This document shows positions 52,491-64,000 of a stretch of DNA of 64,000 nt, in pieces. The position numbers and the translations under genes are program-made. Position 1 is the stretch's first letter. Each line of letters opens with the position of its first letter. Below the pieces are notes generated by a model. It did no database searches. It saw only the letters and a list, made by a program, of their open reading frames with translations, and was not told the origin of the DNA. Origin of the DNA: Tubiluchus corallicola (Eukaryota > Animalia > Priapulida); assembly GCA_030141605.1 (NCBI GenBank), contig JAQGDQ010000269.1, positions 1-64,000 on the forward strand. Direction: 5' to 3'.

Positions 52491-52504
52491 GTTACTATAG
52501 CAAC
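52491..52504. promoter_or_regulatory. RFX X-box motif in a GC-rich block of a hillarin intron
   Basis: GTTACTATAGCAAC matches the GTHNYY-AT-RRNAAC consensus and lies in a locally GC-rich block (52420-52690). Confidence 0.4.
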
Positions 52505-53496
52505 AACAGCGTGCCTCTCTGCTGGTACAGTAGCAGTCCACCAAAGCTGGACCACTCACGCTACAGCTGTAACAATGCGGTCCACAACCTCCCTTGCGCT
52601 TTGCACCAAGAGGTAACGTGGCTCAATACTTTGCGTCATAAGGTGGCAAGTAGCAGGTAACAACCTTGCCCTCCTCCCATCCTCCCATGATATTACTTCA
52701 CTCTAGTCTGTCCCACTTCATTAGTTAGTGTTACTAAATTTAATGCAATAACGAGCCCCGTTCTCTTAGAATGGTATCTAAACAATGAAAATTTTATTAT
52801 TATGATTCGCAGAAAGCGTCTAAAATTGATATAAGCAGACAAAGAGTTCAAAGATGATGACTGCCTAACCAACCAAAAACATTAAATAAGCAAATATTAA
52901 ATATCAAACGAAGAGAAACGAAAGAACCAACAAATGAACGATGTTAATACACTGTAATATAATAATTAATATCGCTCCTGAGTTCGTGAAGCCGGCTTTT
53001 GAATTAACAGTTCACAGAGCATTTTGCCAACTGTAAACAACAATTCTACAACTACATAACAGAAATTATTATTATTATTACATCACTTTTACTTTAAATA
53101 CCACCAGGCAGGGCAACATTAGGTAAAAATTTTAAAGTATTTGGTACTACTCGGTCACGGCATCGAACTCATGACTTTCCAAACAGAAAACAGATATTCA
53201 CTAAATTATACAGTCTGGTCATAGTTGATTAGACTCGTCATAGACTCTAACGAACAAACAAAGAAACAAACAAACAAATGAAAACAGAGAACAAAATAAA
53301 ACAATTAATAAATGGACGAAACAGGGAAAAAACAAATAAGGTAACAGAGGACAAACAGTCCGATGACGAAACAAATAAATGGTAAAAGAAATATTTGTCT
53401 AACTGACAAACAGTTGAACAAACGAAAGAACAAAAGCGAATAAACAATGAAAACAACAAAAGCAACGACAATGCAGCAGTTTTATCACAAAATTAC

Positions 53497-53648
53497 CGTT
53501 TTAGCCTCTTCAACTCTTTCTGCCATTCCTGTTCGATTTCCTGATGAATGACAGATTTTTTGTCTTCCCTTTCTTTCTGGAATATACGGAAAAGTTTGTC
53601 TTCTTCGTCTCTATGCCTCATCTCCATTTCCACCTGTGTGTCAATGTC
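53497..53648 (-). CDS. Hil: Hillarin coding exon 2 (coiled coil)
   Basis: CAG acceptor, GTAAT donor. Encodes DIDTQVEMEMRHRDEEDKLFRIFQKEREDKKSVIHQEIEQEWQKELKRLK. Phase 0 to 2. Confidence 0.9.
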
Positions 53649-54003
53649 CTGCCAATGCAAATTACATGCATTAGTATGAGGCTAAAAACAATAGAGTGCT
53701 TGTCAATCAGGTGTGGCTGCTGGTGTTTCAGTAACATTGATACTTCCTCTATAATCTGTTGTCGGGTTTGAGGTTTTCAGAAACGTATGCTGTTACATCT
53801 TTATTTTTGATACTTAGTACAAAATCTACACAAAGTAACCAACTTTTGATTTTAAATTAATTTGATTAATTTTAAAGAAAGACCAATTAAACTGACATGC
53901 TCCTACTTGTGTTCTTTTGTAAATGAGAAACGAAGGGCACATGCACGAAAAGTTTTTTTATGAACCCTGAATTTTCAAACGGTGAAGCAAAATCGTCAAC
54001 TAG

Positions 54004-54490
54004 CACCAAAAGGGAGGAGAATAATGTCGACTTCACATACCAAAGAAGAAGAGAATAATGCTTACCCTGCAAACTAAAAAGAAGAAAATACTGTTGATCC
54101 TACAACCTACAGGCCAAAGAGGAAGAGAATAGTTTTTATTATTAACAATTTTTGTTACAGAGAATAAGGTTGACCTTGCAGACCAAAGAGGAAGAGAATA
54201 ATGCTGACTCTGCAGATCCAGAAAGAGCATATTGTTAACCAAACAGACCAAAGGCCAAGGAAGAAGAGAATAATGTTGATCCTGCAAACCAAAGAGGAAA
54301 AGAATAATGTTGATTTGCTAGACCATAGAGGAAAAAAATAATGTTGACTGTGCAGACAAAAAAAGAATAGAGGAAAAGAATAATGTTAATCATGCAGGCC
54401 AAAGCAGAAGAGAATAATGTTGACCCTCCAGACCAAAGGACAAGAGAATAATGTTAATTCTACAGGCCAAAGAATACTGTTGACCCTGCA
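54004..54490. repeat. ~34-bp minisatellite (CCAAAGAGGAAGAGAATAATGTTGACCCTGCAGA), about 12 diverged units
   Basis: Recurring GAGAATAATGTTGA and CCAAAG(A)GG are seen directly. Confidence 0.9.
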
Positions 54491-55674
54491 ATGGCAGTAT
54501 TTATCACTAGACTATAAAAGTCAAGTATGGTTGATTCACATCAAAAACTGTAGACTATTATATTCATATGTGACTAATCAGCATGCATAGTTCGAGACCA
54601 ACTGTCACTTGACTATGCCTAGTCCAGTGTGGTTTACTCATGTGTTAATGAGCAGTGTGCCCTAATTTTCACATTTTGGCTCATATTTTAGACCTTTAAC
54701 CCCACTATGGCTTGAGCTGCTATATCAGGTATCTCCCCTGTAAGTTTTCCTGACTCCACATACCATAGCGTTCGAGTTATTCAGTGTTATGACTCCAACT
54801 GACCAATGTCATGTGTCCTTGACCATTCAATCAAGGTCACCATTCACCATACTGTTGTTGATGCCCCTACCTCCAGGTGTCTGTCCTGTCGTAACCTGAG
54901 CTACTTAAATTGCGAGTTAGCATGAATTAAAAGTGAATGCCTAAAAAATATCGATGCCCAATGTGATGAAATCAGGGTGTGCTTCCTGTATGGACCCATC
55001 CTCTTTGACCACAATGCATAGTGGTGTGCAGATCTCACTAATGGTGCAATTTAGCGACGAGTTGGAAAGCTTATATTTTAACCTATGACCTTAAAAAAGA
55101 TTTGCGATTTTGAACTTGAGCAATTAGGGTCATCATTCCTAGTAAAGGTTCTCATTCAGAATATATTTGTACATTGTGCTATAACTTATAATATTTTGAA
55201 AAAGAAAGTTTATTGATTCCTAATTTTAGGTAGTAGTTATAATCAGCAATAAAAAATGTAGTACATTTGACCTTATCAGTTCTTATATTTTTTCAGATGT
55301 TGAATGGCCATGTATCCTCACCTAAAAAGGCCACCCAGTAACTTGAAAATAAGCATTAATTATTACCATAAGATGGGCACATTATATCAAAATTCCCCAC
55401 TGCTGTAAACTACACATAACTAACGATAACAATGTAAATGATAGTAGTGGCGAATATGCTGAAGTTCATGCTGATAATGTAGTCAGGAGCAAGGACTGAT
55501 GGTGGATGATACTCTTAACTGGACCACGAGTAATTTAATGTAGACACTGTATATGGGTTTCGATTACAACTTATATGGACTTACAAAACTGCTGGATGGT
55601 TCTCACTATATTTCAAAAGTTTACACCATTAGTTATAGAACTTTAAATGCCTGCATCTGCTCAGCTATACTTAC

Positions 55675-56184
55675 CACCGGAAGCATAGGAGCATCCTGTA
55701 TTTGCCCAACCCTCAATTTTGGTGGTCGGCTGACCTGAGCATTTTGTTGCATGGGGTGTTGTATGTGTAAGGCATGACTATCAAAATGTGCTTGATTGTT
55801 CTCACCATGCTTATACCATGGTTTGGGTGCCGCCAACGCTGCCCTAATCGCCACAGCATCTGTGTCGTAGTAGGCCCTTTCACCCTGGTACAGTTTGTGA
55901 CTTTCACTAGCTTTAGGAGCATTCAGGGCAGCTTGAATGCCCACTGCCCCGCCATCGAATCTTCCAGCAAGTACACGAGGGACATGGTTGTTGCAATAAA
56001 CTGCCTTGTCTTCTGGATCATGTTGATTGTGGATGTATGTACGAAGAGTTAACTTTGTTCCACAAACCGCACATTTCAGACACTGTGTGTGAAAGAAACA
56101 ACCTTTCAGAGGTCCGACTCTGTCCACACGATAAGTTTTGTCGCCACACCTTGTACACAACTGATACTCCGGATTAGCCAACAT
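55675..56184 (-). CDS. Hil: Hillarin, coding exon 1 (N-terminal LIM domain and short repeats)
   Basis: CAG acceptor ending at 56245, ATG at 56184. Encodes CTRCGDKTYRVDRVGPLKGCFFHTQCLKCAVCGTKLTLRTY...VYCNNHVPR, a hillarin-type LIM. GTAAGT donor, phase 0. Confidence 0.9.
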
Positions 56185-57494
56185 GATGTAATTTTCTGTG
56201 TCAGTAGGACCGAGAATAAGAACACTTTTCTGCACTGCACCAAACTGCAATAAGTAAATTTAAGCCAAAGGTCGCTTGTCAATTTTGTTTGTCTTGCTGT
56301 TTAAACAGAAAACGAGTAGATGTTATTTTAGCTGCGAACACGAACACACACAAACCTTTTGCAGAACAACAAAGAACGTGCAAAAGTAGATAAAATAACG
56401 CTGAGTTAAAAAATTCGAGCTGAATTTCACCACTGATAAATGAATCACCTATTTAATTGGCTGTGTAAAGGCACTCTGATAAACATCAAGCAGCATCTGT
56501 TACCTGGCAGAGTACATGAATAAAACATAATTGAATACGTATTCCTTCACTGACGCAGACAACACAAATTATAGACCTTGTTATCGAAATCAAATCTCCC
56601 AGAAACGCTTGATAAAATGGCAGCTTTCGACAAAATCAGCTTCATTCCATTATCCTGTGGAATGAAAACAAAAATACTGGATTAATAATTCACTATAATA
56701 TACCGTTATTATGTAATTATATGCACAATAGATAAAAAGACCGCTGATTTCACGTTAGTCGGTTAGCCTGATCAATCAATAATGCATTACGTGTGCTAGG
56801 TAAGGTAAAGCCGTATACCTGCACATAATTATACGAGCGTCGAGAATTATTAATTAAACATACAGCAGTACAGCCATTATAGAATCTTTATACCAGCACA
56901 TGATAATTAAAGAAAATCCATAGTGAGACGTAATTTGTCAGTCAGAGAATAGCTTTATCACACATTTGAAATGAACTTCGTGTACGGAAGTTAAATCTAG
57001 AAAATACCTTACCCAGTTTCACACGCCTTTTCACGCTCCAAACGTTTTCGTCGTCCACATAGTTTTCAAGCGGCGCAATGACCTTTTTTGCGTTACCGAC
57101 TGTATCAGCTACCAGAAAATTAACAAAATTAATCCAGTCAGATCGACACGCAATCACACAGACTCGGAATTTATGACAATCGCACGATTTGAATGTAGAC
57201 ACCGATATTTGCTCACAGAAACACTGATCTTAGTCTGCACCAAACTTATAGCGCTGTATCCCAGGTATCGAAGTTCACGGTTAGCTGTCTGTTTCATGTG
57301 CCTTGTTTGGTTAGACAGTCATGGAGGGATTGGTGCACATGGTTGGCTGAACTTCCTAATAAGAGAAGAAGATTCTAGCGTGTCCATTACCTCACCTGTA
57401 TGCCCGTACACCTGTATACTTGTCCTCACAATAGCATACATCCGGTGGGTGCTTGCTGCAACGAGTTGCGTGGCGCGATTAAATTATTCAATCG

Positions 57495-57508
57495 GTTGCT
57501 ATGGCAAC
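57495..57508. promoter_or_regulatory. RFX X-box motif upstream of hillarin
   Basis: GTTGCTATGGCAAC, a near-perfect palindromic X-box, in a CpG-richer patch ~1.3 kb 5' of the hillarin ATG and ~0.5 kb 5' of a candidate 5'UTR donor (G|GTAAGG at 57013/57012). Confidence 0.55.
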
Positions 57509-57677
57509 CTGGTTTAATATCACTTTCACCTGCAGACTCGTTACGTTTGATTACGACACGTACCGGATCCGGGCCGCACTTGGATTTACGTAAAATGAAA
57601 AACACAAATATGACTATTATCGCTTATAACTACGCTGTATTATAAAGTTTTTCACAGTTTAAAATTGTTCTCTCTTT

Positions 57678-57679
<2 letters not shown>

Positions 57680-57723
<44 letters not shown>

Positions 57724-57726
57724 CCT

Positions 57727-57764
<38 letters not shown>

Positions 57765-57830
57765 CCATCCATCCATCCATCCATCCATCCATCCATCCAT
57801 CCATCCATCCATCCATCCATCCATCCATCC

Positions 57831-57894
<64 letters not shown>

Positions 57895-57896
57895 CT
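57680..57896. repeat. (CT)n-(CTAT)n-(CCAT)n-(CTAT)n compound microsatellite
   Basis: Seen directly. Confidence 0.98.
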
Positions 57897-59413
57897 CGCT
57901 CCGCTTTGATAAATCAAATCAAAACAAAACTTTCTCTCGCTTTTATTTCTTTGAAATTAATCAAGAAATGTAATTCAAAGAAAGTCAAATTCCATTTTTG
58001 TTATATTTGAGAAATATTATTGAACAACGATATTGAGAATAAATGTTGGGTCTATGCCACCATTGTTTTCCTTCCTCTGCAAGCGTAAAATCTATCCATG
58101 ACTCTGCTTGTTGATGGATGGAGTCGCCATCTAAAAACTGATTTGCAGTGCCAAAAAACTGATATAGCTTTAAGGAGGCTTTTATCTAAAAACATTTTTC
58201 ACACTATACGCCTATACTTACCTTCACAAAATTGCAACCATGTGGAAATTAATAGTAATTTATAATCACATGTATTTTCTTATTAACAACTCGCGCACAT
58301 TCGTGAATGCATGCACACCAGAGCACACGCATATCCATATTTTACTGTTTACATAATACCTTGTTTTCAGCGCAACCTTGTCAAATTTGTTTACTTGCTG
58401 TACTGACAATGAAACATTGTGAGATCAGTATAACTGGGCTTTTATTGCTTATTTACCATACTAATAACTTGAACTCTTTATCCAAACAAATTATGGTCTT
58501 TCTGCGACAGGTAATGGGCGCCTGAGCTTGTTTTTATGCGATATTAATAACGAAATCTACAAACCAGCCGCTTTAGCAGAATTGGATTCATACCTTAGCT
58601 CCTATAACAAAGTTATCGTCTTAAATCATTACACGTATTTACTGAAATTGGTTTTATTTTTAATATAAATTATTTCAACATAACTGGTTGCGCCAGTGAT
58701 TTGTACTGCGTTTTAATAGGACGTTTGTGGGGAGTTTTTAAATTTTCATAGAAATCTAAGCCTATATAGGGTCTATTTACATAAAGTTAGTTACATAAAA
58801 GTATAGAAATAATCTAAGCCAAGTAGCAATGTTTATATTAATTTATTTTTAATCTACTTAATTAATTATATCAGTTTGTGTTTGTTCATTGGCTTTTTTA
58901 AGTATTTCTGTACAAGATTTATTTTCTAACATTTTCTGCCATCCTTTTTAAGCCAATACACGCACAGATTTTACATCTCCACTGGCCCTCTCTTTTCCGG
59001 GCAGCTGTGGTAGCCAATGTTACATCACAGAAACACATTAACTTTTCAGATGTGTAATTCTGTAACTGTAATTTTTGTCTTAATTAGCTATATGATTTTC
59101 CGTTGATTTCTCCTGTCATTCTTTAGCGACTGATTTTCTAACAGTTTTTGCCATTTTTTTTTTAACTGGAATTCTTTTTATGTGTCATTATTAATGGACA
59201 GGCGGTAATAATAATAAGAAATCACGAAATTATTAACACAAAGGAATTGAAACAATGGAAATTTTTCCTTAAATGTGGAGATTTTATTTTTTTATTTATT
59301 TAATTTTATCTATTTAATTTAAAGTTTATTTCAGCTCACAAAAATGCCATATAAAATTTAATCATGATGATCATGATGTATTGAATGCGCAATGTAAACA
59401 TGACTGATAAACC

Positions 59414-59905
59414 TTAAACAGGAAGAAAGGGCAATTTTAAAGTATGTCCCAAAATTTTTCTCACACAGAGTTATATTACTTAGCATTACTCTTTTCTGTT
59501 CGAAAGACTTACGTAACTAAAAAAAGAACACTCTTGGCAATTTAACGTGTTCAAGTCAACTAACTCACCTTCCCAGAGTGCACATCTGGCTCACCAAAAA
59601 ATGTATTTTTTAGTCTTTTTAATAACATATAGTAATTTAAACTTTTGCTTAGTTAGCAAAGAATGTGGTACGAAAATTCTTATTATTATTTCAAACTTTA
59701 TGCAATGTTATCTAAACTTGTTTCAAACGACCTACCGCTTAGTTAAGGTAAAATGTCGTGTACTTAATGGTCATCGCAAGAGTCTAAATTTTCAAGTTTT
59801 ATGCATCGATACTGCTAACACAAGCCCGTTGTGCAATAAGACAGCACGTAAGTGATACAAAATTTCGACACGAGTTTTTAAAACTTTATTTGTAAAGAGT
59901 GTTTT
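59414..59905 (+). mobile_element. Dispersed ~500-bp DNA element, copy 4
   Basis: Begins TTAAACAGGAAGAAAGGGCAATTTTAAAGTATGTCCC; core TGTTATCTAAACTTGTTTCAAACGACCTACC is identical to copy 1. Confidence 0.8.
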
Positions 59906-62900
59906 CTTATAGTTTAACGTAGAGTAACATAAATATATCTCGAGCGTAGAAAATTCTGAAAGCTTCGAAAGACAAAATTGTGTATGATGTTTCACGCATA
60001 CTTAATAAGTAGGTCTAAACCTGAAATGGAATACTAAATGATTAGTAAGAAATGTATGTTAACATTGACAGATCGTGTCATGAAATTTTTGCAGTGCTTT
60101 GTTTGCTCAATAAACACTTACATGAACGCATAAAAGTGGGTCACTAACTTTAAAACACCTGCAAGTCTACTGGTGCATACCTCGCACTTAGTAGCACAAC
60201 CCGAGATAACAAGTACGTAACAATACTCATCTCTTTAATTAACCTGGAAGAACATACCTGGTATTTTAAGCAGGCATGTGGTACGGCAAAAAATAGTCAA
60301 ACCGTGCCGTAAAAGGGTAAAACAAATATACGTCTTCGTTCAACGCTTTATGAACAAAATGCTTGGTCGTGTTATTAACATTATCACAGTATTGGCTTTT
60401 AGAGATAATACAATCTTTAACTGGTTCAATTCTTGCAATTCTCACACCGTCTGGAGACAATTTAAAGAGCTGCCAGGTGAAGTCAAGCAGAAAGAAATGT
60501 CAAAGAAAGAAAGAAGAAAAGAGAATGAAAGGGAAAGAAAAATTAAAGAACAAACAAACAAAAAAGAATTGTTTGGCTAGGTGGTTTTTCGGCTAATTTC
60601 TTGAAAGTACCGAGGAATTGCAGTAGGCGCAAGTTTGCAACTGCGCTTGGTCGAACTTGGGAAAATCTTTGGTAAATATACGACAGGATGAGCTCGTTTG
60701 TAGAGGCCCATCTGAGGAGTGTCTTTTTAGAGTTTTACTTAATAAGCTCAGAGGATAACTAACCCAATATTTTAGCTTGACTTTTGTGCCATAGTCAACC
60801 TTTTTCGTCGTACAGCATATCATAATATAGATCTTCGTGTACAGTAATTATGAAAATGCATCTTAAAATAATTTATTGATTTTCTGTTAACTGATTACCG
60901 ATTTCTTAAGCTGACTTTCGTCGCTCCTTTCAATGGGACAAATTTAACTGTCAAGTCTACTCACAAACATTTTGAAACTATTCTTAGAATAACATCGCTT
61001 TTATTTTGACCTAGTTGAGAGTTCGTTACTTTTTATTTGCAGCATTTTAGTATGTTATAGTTACCATGCAATAGATCACCCTATTTTATCAAGTTTTAGG
61101 AAACGTAATTTTTGCAGTTGATGAGGCCCGTTGGGGGAGAAGCTTCTGTAAGAAATAAAAATATTATTTTGGGACTACAAGGGCCATTCAACGTTTTCGT
61201 ATGTTAAGGTGGCAAGCCTCAGGAGAGCTTTTTCATAATTAAATTCGATTTTGTCTTCTACGTCTCTATGTCTACTATGTCTACTACGTCTACTATGTCT
61301 ACTGTACTATTACCAGTGAATTTAGAAAGCTATAACGTCAATCTGGCGAAACTATACGCTTTCTTGTAACTAACTGAACGTAATTATATACTTTTTGCAG
61401 AACTTAAATACCCCCTTTGGTTATAGGAAACAGACGAGGTTTTGTACCAGGACCAGACAAAATATCATCATTGTCCATACTGGTTACCTATCATAAGGGC
61501 AGACGTGCTTAGTTTACAAATAAAATGAAGAAAATATGAAGGAAAAAACAAAAGTGAAAACGAAAGGAGAACTACACAAACATTAGCGAAACGTTTATTA
61601 TTGTAGGAAGATTAAAATGTACGATATTTAGATTTAAATGAATAAAACCGGATATATGGCGTCCAAAGGTTTATGTAATTTGAAGGCGTGTTGTAACGAT
61701 CTAGCTGCTGTCAGGCGTTATTTATGTCGATGCATCAACACAGTTGACAAGGCTGTTAAACGTCATAGATCAAAGAACTCTATGTGTATCACCGGTGGAC
61801 ACGAAGGCCCACTGCCAATAGGTGCTTCGGTTTGGTAGGCACTTACCTGCGTGTATAAGTGCCGGAAAATGACATCATATTACGTTTCATTGCCAGCAAA
61901 TGATATAATAAAACGAATTTGCAAAACAAGTTTTATAACTGTACAATTAATTTATGCTTCGCTACTATAATGTATGGTATGATAACACGGCTGATGACAG
62001 GCCCCAATATTAAGCTGTTACATTACATAACTTACATTTTAATTGGTGCGTGATTCTAGAATGCAATAAGCAATTGTCCTTTAAAATAAAATTAGTGTGT
62101 AGCGTTTGCGTATAACTAAACCCTGAATCTTTTCAATAAACTGTACTGAGATGAAACAAGCTAAGTCACAGTTTTGTAAATAATTAAGTTTTCTATTATG
62201 ATAATCTGTGACTTCCAATAGTTTAATAGTTATTAATAATTGAAAACCTTGAATGCGGTGAATAATACAGTATCAATAAAAAATTTAAAAAAAATTAAAT
62301 TATTATTGTTATGTAAGTGCATCATGCTTCCAATAATTAAGTAGACTTGTTAAGAAATTGCAGTATTCTGCATTCAGGAGTACTAAATGACATCATGTCA
62401 TACCTAAAATTAATAGTATAGTCTAAAGTCACCTTGAACATAAATACTTCGTAGTTTCTGATTGTCCTGTTCTATTTATCTGTGATATTGATTTTCAAAA
62501 TACCTGTACAATCGTCATATTAAAACAGTAAACTGAGTAAAGGCTAAACAATTCACTTTTTTATACGCTCACAATAGTAATATTATAGTGACAGTGATGT
62601 GTTACGATCGATTATTTGAAGTTAAGCACGAGTTTTTCTTTTTTCAAGTTAGTCTCGACATTTACATAAGTTGAGACTAATTTTGCTGGTTCCTAATCAA
62701 TTTTTGTTCATAAATTTTTCTTGTGCGGTTCTTAAAGTTTGGGAAATTTTTATTTATATGACAAAACAGGTTATGTCTTAAATCATTATAAAGTTACATT
62801 CAAGAATTAAACGTTTTTCAACCTCAGTGGGGTTTTGGTTGTTACAGAGGAAGTGGCATAGACTATTGTTAATGGAGATTTTAGGTTTGGTGTGTCAGCC

Positions 62901-64000
62901 TTTCTCGATGAGTTGTTTAGCTGATTCTTTTCGTTAATATTTTAACTCGTTTCTTTGGTCACGTTTTCCTTCCTGTGACTGGAAGAAATGTCCGTAGTTA
63001 TGAAATACAGTTTGTGTGAAAATTTTATGTCCCTTGAAGGTTAATTTTGGTTGAAAAGAACAGTCATGCTAGGCGAGATTACGTTACATTAGATTAGCTT
63101 AGGTTAGGTTACGTTAGGTTAAGCTAGGCTCACGTACATTTGCCACTTTGGCTCCACTTAGGGAACGCTACGTAGTTCATCTGAGTTCAACTCGTTAGGA
63201 TCCCGGCCTTTGGACATGACAACGTACTCGCCGCGCTTCGCTCTCCATTACTAAGTTTTTTCTATACTCGCGTGCCTTTGGCGGTGAAGCGAGAGAAATG
63301 TGGTACCCTTGTTAATCACCCGCCTTCTAAGCATTTTCAAAAGTATTTTACAAGTTTATGCTGAATAACTTAATATGACAATAATAATTTTTGTTTCACA
63401 ATAAATTTTATTAGGCAAACTGCTATTTGATAATCACAGTATGATAATGTAAGTAACTGCATAGCATTCATAGTTGTTATAATACAAAAATATAATAACA
63501 AAAATTTTACGTCGTAATCCTCATGGTGAGCTCTTGGCTCTTGCTTATTATTAGATACATACAATAGTTCTTTCGTAGATGGCAGCACAAGTGTTGTGAA
63601 TAAACTAAAGTGCAAAAACAAGTGACATGATGCATTTATTACACATTGCACAGTAAAAGATACAATTTACATAACATTGACGCTTCCATGTTACCAATCT
63701 ACATAACATTATTATAAGAAAAATCAAACTAACGCTAAAGCTTATAATTGTACTTACACCTTAGCGTTTTACTGCTAAACGAAACTTTAACGCTATGCTT
63801 GTTTTCGTAGAAAAATAATTACGATATAAAGTAGGAAATAAACTCTGTAAAAATAAAATTTATGCTGAAAATGATGAACATTTTAAAAATTAATCTATCT
63901 CTATGATCTTATAATGTCATAAAGAAAATAAGAATGTGTAAAAGCATATTGACTAGCATGTTGACTAGGTCAACTTATGACAAGTTTGTGCGCCCAGGTA

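Noticed and set aside
56942-57202. 86-aa ORF as an N-terminal extension of hillarin
   Set aside because: It starts at GTG, and the stronger donor (G|GTAAGG) is out of phase with the LIM exon. More likely a 5'UTR exon.
63075-63130. Interstitial telomere (TTAGG-like units)
   Set aside because: Only a few degenerate units, a pattern common inside invertebrate non-autonomous elements.
58000-64000. Short ORFs in the last 6 kb (e.g. 60278-60580)
   Set aside because: Non-ATG or low-complexity, with no domain motifs or exon chain. Appears to be intergenic or upstream DNA.

Overview
AT-rich, intron-rich animal (eukaryotic, probably marine invertebrate/lophotrochozoan) genomic DNA, not prokaryotic. 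I rebuilt three spliced genes by hand, using GT-AG sites and phase continuity. (1) A 6-exon DEG/ENaC (ASIC-like) channel subunit on the minus strand (15981 to 3111, ~468 aa), in which both hallmark pore motifs are changed (HG to VG, GAS to GAG). (2) An LMO1/LMO3/Beadex-type LIM-only gene with 4 coding exons on the plus strand (29853 to 36191, ~170 aa). (3) An 8-coding-exon hillarin (LIM + coiled coil + catalytically dead transglutaminase-like domain) on the minus strand (56184 to 41263, ~820 aa), convergent with LMO and carrying two near-perfect RFX X-boxes. Introns and intergenic DNA hold decayed LINE 3' ends (RTE, L2/CR1-like), several MITE families (a TAA-flanked Harbinger-like MITE with an internal minisatellite, a 313-bp foldback, a 4-copy TTAA-type family), a 3-copy (GAT)n-tailed short repeat, and many micro- and minisatellites. 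Most ORFs in the supplied track are artefacts. No database search was possible, so family assignments rest on recognised motifs.
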